Source: Anaerohalosphaeraceae bacterium
GTDB taxonomy: Bacteria > Planctomycetota > Phycisphaerae > Sedimentisphaerales > Anaerohalosphaeraceae
DNA length: 64,000 nucleotides
Direction of reading: 5' to 3'
Assembly: GCA_050309605.1 (NCBI GenBank)
Contig: JBNRMN010000067.1
Span: 128,001-192,000, forward strand
Shown piece by piece: positions 18,646 through 28,325 of the stretch; the first letter of the stretch is position 1; every line of letters begins with the position of its first letter. Made by a program: the position numbers and the translations under genes. The notes under the pieces were generated by a model. That model was not told where the DNA came from and ran no database searches. It saw nothing but the letters and a program-made list of their open reading frames with translations.

Positions 18646-20775
18646 ATGACTTCAGCACGAATAACACGGTCCGAATCATTCCTTTCCCCCACCCTTTTGC
18701 CGGTCGGCGCTGCATTGCTTGTGTTCTTGATAGCAGGTGGTTGGGCACGCGACGGTCTTGCGGCGGCGGTCGAATATGACCTGTCCACATCGCTGATTTC
18801 AAACGGCGGTGCCGAAGCGGGCTTAGCCGGCTGGCAGACCGACGGGGCGGTTTCGGTTCAAAGCGATGATTCGGCGTCAGGCCGCTGGTTTCAACTGGTC
18901 GCCTCCGACCGGGCTGCGATACTGCAAACGCCGCCGCTGCCGGTGCGGCGCAGCGAAGCGATCCGACTGAACTATCGCCTCAAGGCCGATATTCAACCTA
19001 TCGCCGCCGTGATCCTCCGCAATTGGGCCGCCGACGGACAAACGCCGCTCAGCCAAATCCGTTTGCCGCTCGAAGAGACCGGCGGACGGTGGCGTCAACA
19101 GACCCATCACATCACCACCGATCCAAAGGCGTATTTTGTGGATGTTCGGTTCGTGCTGAATCCGTCGGCCCCTTCGTCGGCGTCTGTTTTTATTGACGAT
19201 GTGGTGCTGTCTCGTGAAATCCGGTATGAGCCGATGTATGCCGATATCCAACCGTTGTCTGCAAACGATACGCTCTATGTCTTTACCAAAGGGCCGGATC
19301 GAGAAAACAATCAGTTTGTCGCCATCCAGACGCTTCAGGGCGTGACGGCCCGCACGGATCGGCCGCGGCTGTGGATTGATATGGGCGATGACACCTTCGT
19401 TCGCGACTTGGAGCGGCGGTATCAGATTCGATTTGACCGGTCGATGGCTCGCGATTGTGCAGGTCTGCTCAAGACGCTCAAGCCTTATACCAGCGGCCGC
19501 TATGTGCTGTATTCGATGCGGGATCGGGCGTCGCTGTCGGCGGCGGCCACCCTGGCCGGGATTCTGGATGCGGTGGCGGTCGATACCGACCTTGAACAGA
19601 CCGTCATCGACCTGGGTTACACCCTGGCGGTCGATGTCCGCGGCAAGGACGGACAGTGGGTGTTTGAGAACTACCGGGAACAGATCAATGACAATTTGAT
19701 TATCGTTCACACCAACGATCCTCGTTTTCACCGCAGCGCGTATCATCTCAAGGATTGGCCGGCCGCCACGCAGGCCCTGTCGTGGTGGCACAACGATGAG
19801 GCTCTCTCACGCCGGGTCTTTGGCGGTATGGCGCCGTGTTCACCGGTTTATGGCTGGCTCAATCCGGTTACCGGCCGGGACGAGGGGCTGGCCGTACGGC
19901 TGCACTCGGAGCAAGGGCTGTTTCAGATTCCCAGCGACTGGATGGTGAACCTGTCCGTGCACGCTTCAATGGGGCACGCCTTAAAAGACAAGACGTTCAG
20001 GCAGATCGCCCCGCGCCGGTCGCCCGTTACCGAAAAGGAGGTGCATTACGTTACATTCATCATGAGCGATATGGATAATATTCTGACCGAGATCGGCACG
20101 AATTCATTTTATTCGACGCGGAAGTTTTATCGCAGCCCTCATCGCGGCACATTCCCGATGACGTGGGGAATGGCCCCGTCGCTGGTGGAACTGTCGCCCA
20201 ACGGCGTGGCGATGTGGTATCGCGATGCGACACCCAACGATGTGTTCATTGCCTATTGTGGGCTGGGGTATTCGTATAACAGCGTCTCGCCGTATTTGCA
20301 GACGCACGCCAAACGGCTCGGCGAATGGATGGAGCGTGCCGACTTGCGGGTGCTGCTGCTGATAGATTACGTCCTGCCGCACGATACGCTGGACGACAGC
20401 TATTACGAATCGGCCCGGTGGTTTACCGCCCTGGAGCAGGTTGAGGGGCTGATTTATCTTGAATACATTCAGTACGCCCCGCACGATGGAAAGATCCTCT
20501 GGTTTGACGGCAAGCCGATGGTGACGGCACGGTTTGATTTTCGCCAGGAGACGTTTTACCCGGCGGTGCGGCCGACCGCCGCGGCTCTGGCCGAGAGCAT
20601 CAACGCACTGCCGGCCGATCCGTCCCGCCCGGACGGCTATACGGCGGTGACCGTTCATGCCTGGAGCAAAGGGATGGACGATATTGCCGAGGTCATTGGA
20701 TTGCTGGATGACGATGTACGTGTCGTGGATGCCGAGACCTTTATCCGGCTCATTCGGCGGAATCTGAAACCGTAA
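18646..20775 (+). CDS. GxGYxYP-family putative glycoside hydrolase with N-terminal CBM-like domain
   Basis: Signal/TM segment, LISNGGAE CBM-like start, TLQG, PSDW..NLSVH, YVTFIMSD, GLGYSY, VTVHAWS; start uncertain. Confidence 0.75.
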   Translation: MTSARITRSESFLSPTLLPVGAALLVFLIAGGWARDGLAAAVEYDLSTSLISNGGAEAGLAGWQTDGAVSVQSDDSASGRWFQLVASDRAAILQTPPLPVRRSEAIRLNYRLKADIQPIAAVILRNWAADGQTPLSQIRLPLEETGGRWRQQTHHITTDPKAYFVDVRFVLNPSAPSSASVFIDDVVLSREIRYEPMYADIQPLSANDTLYVFTKGPDRENNQFVAIQTLQGVTARTDRPRLWIDMGDDTFVRDLERRYQIRFDRSMARDCAGLLKTLKPYTSGRYVLYSMRDRASLSAAATLAGILDAVAVDTDLEQTVIDLGYTLAVDVRGKDGQWVFENYREQINDNLIIVHTNDPRFHRSAYHLKDWPAATQALSWWHNDEALSRRVFGGMAPCSPVYGWLNPVTGRDEGLAVRLHSEQGLFQIPSDWMVNLSVHASMGHALKDKTFRQIAPRRSPVTEKEVHYVTFIMSDMDNILTEIGTNSFYSTRKFYRSPHRGTFPMTWGMAPSLVELSPNGVAMWYRDATPNDVFIAYCGLGYSYNSVSPYLQTHAKRLGEWMERADLRVLLLIDYVLPHDTLDDSYYESARWFTALEQVEGLIYLEYIQYAPHDGKILWFDGKPMVTARFDFRQETFYPAVRPTAAALAESINALPADPSRPDGYTAVTVHAWSKGMDDIAEVIGLLDDDVRVVDAETFIRLIRRNLKP

Positions 20776-20779
20776 GGCG

Positions 20780-22324
20780 GTGATGAATGAAAGCGAGGGG
20801 TTGCGGATGAGACGATTCAAACAAGTCGTATGCCTGGCCGCGGTATTCATGGTCGGGGTGATGGCGGCCGGTTTTGCGTCAACGCTGCCTGAACCAAGGC
20901 CGGACTCACTGCCGCGCTGGCGAGGGTTTAATCTGCTTGAAAAATTCATCAAGGGCGGTTCGAGCGGCGGGCCGTATCGGCAGGAGGATTTCCGGCTTAT
21001 TTCCGAGTGGGGATTTAACTTTGTTCGCCTGCCGATGGACTATCGGTTCTGGATCAAAGACGGCGACTGGACGCAGATTGACGAAACGGCTTTTGCCGAT
21101 ATCGATCAGGCCATCGCCTTCGGTCGCAAGTACGACATCCACGTCTGTATTAATTTTCACCGCGCACCGGGCTATACCGTTGCTCAGCCGCCTGAACCGG
21201 CCGATCTGTGGACGGATTCGCAGGCTCAGCACGTTTGTGCAAAGCATTGGGCGTATTTTGCCCGTCGATACAAAGACGTGCCCAACACCCATTTGAGTTT
21301 CAATCTGCTCAACGAGCCGGCGGATATCGACGGCCGGACGTACTATCGTGTGGTCGAAAAGCTCGTCGCGGCTATTCGGGCAGAGGATCCGAATCGGCTG
21401 ATTATTGCCGATGGACTGAACTGGGGCAAACAGCCGTGCGAGGAACTGTTCCGCCTTGGCGTTGCGCAAGCGGCGCGCGGCTATGAGCCGTTTGCGCTGA
21501 CGCACTACAAGGCAAGCTGGGTCGCCGGTTCGCAGTCCTGGCCGGTTCCGCAGTGGCCTGCGCCGGTGGCCGGCGGCGGTTATCTGTACGGCCCGACCAA
21601 GCCCGAACTGCGTTCACCGATGAGGCTCAATGTGAATCTTCACGCCCCGGCCACGCTGACGCTGACGGTCGGGACGGTTTCGGCTTCAGCACATCTGGTC
21701 GTGTGGCAAGGCGACGAAGAACTCTGGTCGCAGACCTTCACGCCCGGCCCCGGCGAGGGGCCGTGGAAAGAGGTGGTCTTTCGACCCGAATGGAATGTGT
21801 ATCAAAATGTTTATGATCGGTCTTATGAGGTTTCGCTTTCGGCCGGACGTTATCTCCTGACGCTGGACAATGTCCGGGGCGATTGGCTGACCCTGACCGG
21901 TCTAAAACTGAGGACGCAGGACGGCACGGCTGTCGATTTTCCGATTCGTCCGGAGTGGGGCCGGCCCAATGAACCGCTCCGGGTCGAATCGGATGCGAAC
22001 GGCTGCCGATTTGTCGCGCCGCGCCGTCAGGATGCCCACTGGCTCTGGCAGACGGTATTTAGCCGCTGGCACACGGCACGTGGTCAGGGCATCGGCGTAA
22101 TGGTTGGCGAGTGGGGCGCGCACAACCGAACCCCGCACGAGGTGACGCTGCGCTGGATGGAGGATTGCTTAAAAACGTTTCAGCACGCCGAAATCGGCTG
22201 GGCACTGTGGAATTTTCGCGGTTCGTTCGGCATTCTTGACAGCGGACGAACCGATGTCCCATACGAAGACCTTGACGGCCTTAAACTCGACCGAAAAATG
22301 CTTGAGCTGCTTCGGCGATATTGA
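20780..22324 (+). CDS. glycoside hydrolase family 5 (cellulase family), secreted
   Basis: WRGFNL, GFNFVRLP, FNLLNEP (acid/base), VMVGEWG (nucleophile), GWALWNF; start may be ATG 20807. Confidence 0.9.
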   Translation: MMNESEGLRMRRFKQVVCLAAVFMVGVMAAGFASTLPEPRPDSLPRWRGFNLLEKFIKGGSSGGPYRQEDFRLISEWGFNFVRLPMDYRFWIKDGDWTQIDETAFADIDQAIAFGRKYDIHVCINFHRAPGYTVAQPPEPADLWTDSQAQHVCAKHWAYFARRYKDVPNTHLSFNLLNEPADIDGRTYYRVVEKLVAAIRAEDPNRLIIADGLNWGKQPCEELFRLGVAQAARGYEPFALTHYKASWVAGSQSWPVPQWPAPVAGGGYLYGPTKPELRSPMRLNVNLHAPATLTLTVGTVSASAHLVVWQGDEELWSQTFTPGPGEGPWKEVVFRPEWNVYQNVYDRSYEVSLSAGRYLLTLDNVRGDWLTLTGLKLRTQDGTAVDFPIRPEWGRPNEPLRVESDANGCRFVAPRRQDAHWLWQTVFSRWHTARGQGIGVMVGEWGAHNRTPHEVTLRWMEDCLKTFQHAEIGWALWNFRGSFGILDSGRTDVPYEDLDGLKLDRKMLELLRRY

Positions 22325-22493
22325 AGAGTATTCTTCTTTGTCCAGACCCCTTCAACCGGTGGCGTTTGATGCGGGCCTAAACCCAGTCGGGATGCAGAAA
22401 CAATGCCGGCTGCAAAATGGAATCGCAAAGGGGGAACGGTCCTGGAAGTCAGCGCTTGCGAAAATCCGAGCAAGCGCGGATAATAGGGGGGTT

Positions 22494-24137
22494 ATGAAGA
22501 TTCGGATTCATCATCCTGCGTTGCGAGAATTGTTCGATCAGTTTCGCTTTGCGCCGACTCGCCAGCAGCACAAATATATGGCCGCGGCCGAGAAGCTGAT
22601 GCTGATCATCGATCCTGATCAGGAATACCCTTATGAGTTCATTGTTTTTCGAATCACCGGGTTTCGTCCGACCGGATTCAAATATGAAGACTGCCTGATC
22701 GCCGGACGCGAGTTATTGGCGGATTTGCGGGTCTGGCTGTCGCAGGTCAGCGGACGGCTGGAAGTGCCGACCGCGATGCAGCAGGAGCGAATCTTCACCG
22801 TCGAAGCGTTGGCCGGGCGGTTTTCGGTCTCGGAAAAAACCATCCGCCGCTGGGAAAAGCGGGGGTTGACCGGTCGGATTTATGTGTTTGAAGACGGCAA
22901 AAAACGCAAAGGCTACGCCGAGTCGGCGGTGCTTCAGTTTGAGCGGGAACATCGCGGCTTAGTGACCCGCTCGGCGCGGTTTACCAAGCTGAATCAGGCC
23001 GAAAAGGAAACAATTTATCAATTGGCGCGCCGGTGGGCAGGCTCACAGCCGCTGCGCTCTCGAAACGAGCTGCTTAAACGGCTCAGCGAGCGCACCGGTC
23101 GGGCGCGCGAAACCCTTCGCGTCGTTCTGGAGCAGATGGAACAGCAGCACGGACCGTGCGGTGCGCTGCCGGTGTCGCGCGGACGTCTCAGCGCCCGTGA
23201 GGCGGCTCAGATTTACAAACTGCATCGTCAGGGCGTGCGTATGTGTGAACTGAGTGAGCGGTTCAACAAAAGCCGAAGCTCGCTGTATCGCATCATCAAT
23301 CAGCATCGCGCCCGCGAACTGCTCAACCGAAAAATCGATTATATCGACAGCCCTGCGTTTATCGCCCAAGACGCCGAAACCCGCCTGCTCAAGCCGCCGC
23401 TTGAGACGCTGCTGGCCGACTCAAAAGACGGCGGCGGTCTGCTGACCCGTACGCAGGAGTCGGCGCTGTTTTGCCGGTATAATTTTTTGAAATGTCTGGC
23501 CGCACGAGAACGCGCCAAACTACGCCCCAAACAGCCGGCCGTTGCCCGCTTACGGCGGATTGAGACGCTGCTGGAGCAGGCCGATCGCGTCAAACAGCAT
23601 ATCATCGGCGCCAATATGCCGTTGGTGGTCAGCATCGCCGGGCGTCATTTGTCGGCGGGATTGACCATCAATGAACTCATCGGTGAAGGCACCCTGTCGC
23701 TGATGGCGGCGGTGGAGAAGTTTGACTACACGCGCGGCTATCGGTTCAGCACCTATGCCGGCTGGGCGATTGCCAAAGACTTTGCCCGCAAGATTCCCGC
23801 CGAGGCTCATCGGCCCGACCGCGCCGGCGGTTCGGATGTCGCCGGTCTGCCGTATGATTTTCGGCTCGGCAATTTGCCCGATATCGCCGCGGTCGAGCAG
23901 GCGCAGCACGATTTAATCAGCGTGATCAACAGCAATCTTGATCAGCGTGAACGGTTTATTATCCTGAATCATTACCCGCTGGATACCGGCGTGATTAAGA
24001 AAAAGCCGATGACCCTCAAGCAGATCGGCGACGAACTGGGGCTGACCAAGGAGCGCGTCCGGCAAATTGAGCTGCAGGCCCTGCAGAAACTTCGCCACAG
24101 TCTCAGCCCCGAACAATTCGACCTGCTGACCGGCTGA
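22494..24137 (+). CDS. sigma-70 family factor with long N-terminal multi-HTH extension
   Basis: Region 2 AVEKFDYTRGYRFSTYAGWAI; region 4 TLKQIGDELGLTKERVRQIE; HTHs TVEALAGRFSVSEKTIRRW and MCELSERFNKSRSSLYRI. Confidence 0.85.
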   Translation: MKIRIHHPALRELFDQFRFAPTRQQHKYMAAAEKLMLIIDPDQEYPYEFIVFRITGFRPTGFKYEDCLIAGRELLADLRVWLSQVSGRLEVPTAMQQERIFTVEALAGRFSVSEKTIRRWEKRGLTGRIYVFEDGKKRKGYAESAVLQFEREHRGLVTRSARFTKLNQAEKETIYQLARRWAGSQPLRSRNELLKRLSERTGRARETLRVVLEQMEQQHGPCGALPVSRGRLSAREAAQIYKLHRQGVRMCELSERFNKSRSSLYRIINQHRARELLNRKIDYIDSPAFIAQDAETRLLKPPLETLLADSKDGGGLLTRTQESALFCRYNFLKCLAARERAKLRPKQPAVARLRRIETLLEQADRVKQHIIGANMPLVVSIAGRHLSAGLTINELIGEGTLSLMAAVEKFDYTRGYRFSTYAGWAIAKDFARKIPAEAHRPDRAGGSDVAGLPYDFRLGNLPDIAAVEQAQHDLISVINSNLDQRERFIILNHYPLDTGVIKKKPMTLKQIGDELGLTKERVRQIELQALQKLRHSLSPEQFDLLTG

Positions 24138-24149
24138 CGGCCGCGGGGG

Positions 24150-25202
24150 TTAGATTATCAGCATCGCATCGCCGTAGGAATAGAAGCGGTATCGTTGCGC
24201 GACCGCGTGGCGATAGGCGCCCAGCACCGTGTCCAACCCGGCAAACGCCGCCGCCAGCGCCAGCAGCGTAGAGCGAGGCAGGTGAAAATTGGTCACCATT
24301 GCATCGACGATGTTGAACGTATAGCCGGGCATAATAAACAGCCGCGTGCGTCCGGAGGCCGCCGCCAGCGTGCCGGCAGCGTCGGCAACGCTTTCAAGGG
24401 TGCGTACACTCGTCGTGCCCACGGCGATGATGCGGCCGCCGGCCCGGCGTGCGGCGTTAATGGTTGCGGCCGCTTCGGGGCTGACGTGGTAAAACTCCTC
24501 GTGCATCAGATGCGCATCAAGCGTGTCAGTCTGGACGGGGCGAAATGTGCCGATACCGACATGCAGCGTCACATAGGCCAGCCGAACGCCCGCGGCCTCA
24601 ATGCGTTCAAGCAGGGGTTTATCAAAATGCAGACCCGCCGTGGGGGCCGCCACCGCGCCGGGCTGAGCGGCATAAACCGTCTGATAGCGCCGCAAGTCCT
24701 CTTGCGTTTCAGGGCCGGCGGCGGCGCGTTTGATATAGGGCGGCAGGGGCGCAAAGCCGATCTGTTCAAGCAGGCCGTCCGGCGACTGGGTGCAGGCCGG
24801 TTCCAGTCGCCACAGGCCGTCTTTGAGCCGTTCGGATGCGACGGCCTCCATCGCGGGCTGACCGTCCCGATCCAGCAGGATCAGCGTATCACCCGGCCTG
24901 AGCTTGCGGGCGTTTTTGAGCAGAACCTGCCAGCGGCCGTCGGTCTCTTGCATAACGAACAACCCCTCCAGCCGCGCGCCGGTCGGTTTTTGAGCGTAAA
25001 AGCGGGCCGGCAGCACCTTGGTATTGTTCAGCACCAGACAGTCGCCCGCCCGTAAGTAGGAAGGCAGGTCGGTAAACATCCGGTCGCTCAGCGCCCCGTC
25101 GGTCCGGTTCAGCACCAGCAGCCGCGAGGCCCCGCGTTTGTCGGCCGGCTTTTGGGCGATCAGCTCATCCGGCAGCGTGTAATTCAGCAATTCGGTTTTC
25201 AT
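24150..25202 (-). CDS. queA: tRNA preQ1 S-adenosylmethionine ribosyltransferase-isomerase
   Basis: PLPPYIKR, YQTVYA..PGAVAAPTAGLHF, TNFHLPRSTL, YRFYSYGDAM. Confidence 0.97.
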   Translation of the reverse strand: MKTELLNYTLPDELIAQKPADKRGASRLLVLNRTDGALSDRMFTDLPSYLRAGDCLVLNNTKVLPARFYAQKPTGARLEGLFVMQETDGRWQVLLKNARKLRPGDTLILLDRDGQPAMEAVASERLKDGLWRLEPACTQSPDGLLEQIGFAPLPPYIKRAAAGPETQEDLRRYQTVYAAQPGAVAAPTAGLHFDKPLLERIEAAGVRLAYVTLHVGIGTFRPVQTDTLDAHLMHEEFYHVSPEAAATINAARRAGGRIIAVGTTSVRTLESVADAAGTLAAASGRTRLFIMPGYTFNIVDAMVTNFHLPRSTLLALAAAFAGLDTVLGAYRHAVAQRYRFYSYGDAMLII

Positions 25203-25312
25203 GGCCGCAAAGCGTATCCTAAACAGAGTGAGTTTTCAAGTTAATCGAGCCGCCAAAAACTCCGATAAAGCCCGAATGGACAAGACAACATTGATTTCGG
25301 AGTGATGGATAT

Positions 25313-25528
25313 ATGTTGATGGATGTAGATTTTGAGACGGCCTGTGCGAAAGTCACGGCGATGAGTAAATCCGAGGTGACCTGGCAACTGCTTCATTTTA
25401 ACGGTCCGCTTCATTTGGATTTTACCGCCGAGTACCTCAATACGCTGGATGTGGACAAACTCCGTCATATCCTTCTGGCCGCCCTGATTACGTCCCGCCG
25501 AAAGGAAATCAGCTGCCCAAGAAATTGA
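25313..25528 (+). CDS. small hypothetical protein
   Basis: 71-aa ORF with GGAG-like RBS, divergent from queA; plausible helical content (LHLDFTAEYLNTLDVDKLRHILLAAL). Confidence 0.6.
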   Translation: MLMDVDFETACAKVTAMSKSEVTWQLLHFNGPLHLDFTAEYLNTLDVDKLRHILLAALITSRRKEISCPRN

Positions 25529-25554
25529 ACCTTTAACTTAAAGGTTTTAAGAAG

Positions 25555-25809
25555 AGGTATTATGACCTAAAAAAACTTGAAGTTCTTGACCATTTTAAGG
25601 TGTGTGTGCAATTTGAGGACGGCACATCCGGAGAAGTGGATTTGGGCGAAATCATTCACGGCGGCGGTGTTTTTGAGGCACTCAAAGATCGTCGGCTTTT
25701 TGAGCAGGCTTATATCGACCCTGATTGGAAAGTACTTTGCTGGCCGGGCGAGATTGATATTGCTCCGGAAACGCTTTATGAATGTTTGAATGCTTCAAAG
25801 AAGACTTAA
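25555..25809 (+). pseudogene. DUF2442-like protein lacking a start codon
   Basis: Frame reads AGG-YYDLKKLEVLDHFKVCVQFEDGTSGEVDL...WPGEIDIAPETLY; AGG at the expected Met position, with an in-frame stop upstream. Confidence 0.65.
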
Positions 25810-25845
25810 AAACCCTTTTTTGTCCCCTTTTCTTATTTCTGCGCA

Positions 25846-25880
25846 ATAAAAAAGGGCCGGATTCGAGGGGTCCGGCCCTT
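25846..25880 (-). terminator. intrinsic terminator
   Basis: AAGGGCCGGA/TCCGGCCCTT stem followed by TTTTTT on the minus strand. Confidence 0.75.
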
Positions 25881-25984
25881 GCTGAGATGCAAATCGTATT
25901 TTTAATATATCAACAGGTATAACCTACATCTCAGCACCGAAGAAACACATAGAGCTATAAGAAGAAAAAGAGCAATTATTTCAC
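25846..25984 (-). ncRNA. candidate small RNA (about 140 nt)
   Basis: TTGAAT-16-TATAAT promoter (26017-25990), internal TGCTGAGATG/CATCTCAGCA stem, terminator; no credible ORF. Confidence 0.4.
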
Positions 25985-26139
25985 TCTTGATTATACGCGA
26001 AATATCGGTCGATTCAAGCAAAAAGTTGAAACTTTTTTCGATTTTTCCAAAAAATACTTGTTTTCAGCACAAAAAACACGGTTTTTTTCATTTAAGCTCC
26101 GACGGATTTTGCGTTTCCTTCGATGGCCGCCCGATGATT

Positions 26140-27063
26140 TCAGGCGAATAGGGCCTCGACAAAGCCGTCCGGATCAAATTCGGCGATATCGTCGGGGGTT
26201 TCTCCCAATCCGACAAACTTGACCGGAATATCGAGCATATCTTTAATGGCGATGACGATCCCGCCACGAGCGGTACCGTCGAGCTTGGCCAGAAAGATGC
26301 CGGTAACCCGGATCGACTCGGTAAAGATTTTGGCCTGCATAATGGCGTTCTGTCCGGTGGTCGCGTCGATGACCAGCAGCACTTCATGAGGGGCGCCGGG
26401 GATTTGTTTGGCCACGACGCTGCGGATTTTGCTCAGCTCTTCCATCAGGTGTTTTTGGGTATGCAGCCGACCGGCTGTATCGACAATCAGGAAATCCGCC
26501 CCGCGCGACACGGCCGCCTGACAGGCGTCATAAGCGACCGCGGCCGGGTCGGCGCCGGATTTGTGTTTGACAATCTGCACGCCCGTGCGTTCGGCCCAGA
26601 TGCTCAATTGCTCGACCGCCGCCGCTCGAAAGGTATCGCAGGCCGCGACGATGACGGATTTGCCATTGCCGCGCAGATTGGCGGCCAGTTTGGCGATACT
26701 GGTGGTCTTGCCGGAGCCGTTGATGCCGGCGACCAGAATCACCGTCGGGCCGGACGGCGCGATGTTGAGCTGACGGTCGCGGTCGGGCCAGTACGATTTC
26801 ATCCGGGTCTTCAGGAACGGAATGATGTCGTCGCTTTGCGTGATCTGACCGGCTTTCCAGGCTGAGCGCAGGTCGTCGATCAGCCGCTCGGTGGTCTCCA
26901 CGCCGATGTCGTCGCTGATCAGCGTTGCCTCCAGGTCGTCCAGTAATTCATTGTCAATCCTTCGTCCCATCGGCAGCACCGCCGCCAGACTGGACGAAAT
27001 CCGTGAGCGCGTCTTGCTCAGGTGGTCTTTCAGGTATTGGACCGTTTTCGTGAAAAAACCCAT
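26140..27063 (-). CDS. ftsY: signal recognition particle receptor
   Basis: GINGSGKTT, DTFRAAA, DTAGRL, DATTGQN, KLDGTARGG. Confidence 0.96.
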   Translation of the reverse strand: MGFFTKTVQYLKDHLSKTRSRISSSLAAVLPMGRRIDNELLDDLEATLISDDIGVETTERLIDDLRSAWKAGQITQSDDIIPFLKTRMKSYWPDRDRQLNIAPSGPTVILVAGINGSGKTTSIAKLAANLRGNGKSVIVAACDTFRAAAVEQLSIWAERTGVQIVKHKSGADPAAVAYDACQAAVSRGADFLIVDTAGRLHTQKHLMEELSKIRSVVAKQIPGAPHEVLLVIDATTGQNAIMQAKIFTESIRVTGIFLAKLDGTARGGIVIAIKDMLDIPVKFVGLGETPDDIAEFDPDGFVEALFA

Positions 27064-27141
27064 CGATATCTCCGCAAAATTATAGTTTGAGAAACCGGTA
27101 TTCTAACGATACCGACGGATTTTTCAAGCCGTATCTGACCC

Positions 27142-28110
27142 TTACAGCGCGTTGATGATGCCCTCGGCGATGGCTGAAGCGATGCGTTCCTGATAGCCGC
27201 CGTCCAGGAGCATCGCCGCTTCGTTGGGGTTGGACAAAAAGCCCGTTTCGACCAGAACCGCGGGACATCGGGTTTGCACCAGCACGCGGTAATCGGCCGA
27301 GCGAAGCCCTTTACTGGGGATGCCGATGTGGGACAGGGTGTTCTCAAGGCTTCGTCCGACTTGCCGGGATGTGTTGCTGGCCGAGCGTGCGACATAGACG
27401 GTAAATCCCTGATGCACGCGGTCGTTGTGTGAGTCGGCGTGGATGCTGACGAATAAATCGGCGTCGGCGCGGTTGGCAATGGCCGCCCGTTCTTCCAGTT
27501 CAACAAAGGTATCGTCGCGGCGGGTCATAATGACCTCCACGCCGCGGCGCTGGAGGATTGAGGCCAATCGCCGAGAAATCTGCAAGACAATGTCTTTTTC
27601 GTGGTGTCCCAAATAGCTGATGGCGCCCGGGTCTTTGCCGCCGTGGCCGGGGTCAATCACAACCCGTCCAATGTTGGTACGGGGCGTCCAAGGGGTTGGT
27701 GACGGCGTCGGCGTCGGTGTCCAGGTGCTTTGGCCGGACTGAAGATAGGGGCGAATCTGCGACAACAGGATTTCAGAGACATAGTAGGTCCCGTTGACAT
27801 CCACCACCGGTCCGACCGAGGCGACCGAGGAGCCGTTGACATACACCTTCCCATTGTCGTACATAAACAGCAAAACACGGTTGGATGCGTTTTTCAGTTC
27901 ATAATAGGGATTGCCCGCCGTAGTGACCGACAACCCCAGTCGGCTGCCCAGATCGTTTACCGAGAGCATATATGACGGCGGGGTGCTGCTCTTTCTGATG
28001 GCCGGGCCGCCGGACGTTTGCGTTGGTTCCTGACAGCCGGCCAGGGCAATTGCCAAAACAGCCCACCCGACACAGCCGATCAACCGGTTCAATGGAATTT
28101 TATTGACCAC
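27142..28110 (-). CDS. N-acetylmuramoyl-L-alanine amidase (Amidase_3), lipoprotein
   Basis: Lipobox LAGC; IDPGHGGKDPGA, FVSIHAD, VLVETGFLSN; PT-rich linker. Confidence 0.92.
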   Translation of the reverse strand: MVNKIPLNRLIGCVGWAVLAIALAGCQEPTQTSGGPAIRKSSTPPSYMLSVNDLGSRLGLSVTTAGNPYYELKNASNRVLLFMYDNGKVYVNGSSVASVGPVVDVNGTYYVSEILLSQIRPYLQSGQSTWTPTPTPSPTPWTPRTNIGRVVIDPGHGGKDPGAISYLGHHEKDIVLQISRRLASILQRRGVEVIMTRRDDTFVELEERAAIANRADADLFVSIHADSHNDRVHQGFTVYVARSASNTSRQVGRSLENTLSHIGIPSKGLRSADYRVLVQTRCPAVLVETGFLSNPNEAAMLLDGGYQERIASAIAEGIINAL

Positions 28111-28325
28111 AAAAAACCTCTTAAAATTTGCAGAATTCTTATGCCATCCCCAAGCAGGCCGTATTCAATGATGTCAATGGACGATTTTCTTTGCATCGTC
28201 AAAACACAAGATGATTCTTTAAGTTTCCGCGTGTTTTATCTGAAATCAATCGGCCTTGCAAGCGAAAAACGCCGGAAGGAGCCTTTGTAGAACACACGCA
28301 AAGACAGGTGTTATATGTCCGAATT

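Noticed and set aside
22236..22493. N-terminal extension of the sigma ORF (633 aa)
   Set aside because: Overlaps the GH5 3' end and contains the likely promoter; ATG 22494 is the better start.
25846..25984. SRP RNA (ffs), suggested by proximity to ftsY
   Set aside because: Lacks the conserved domain IV motif (CAGG..GGAA..AGCAG) and is too AU-rich.
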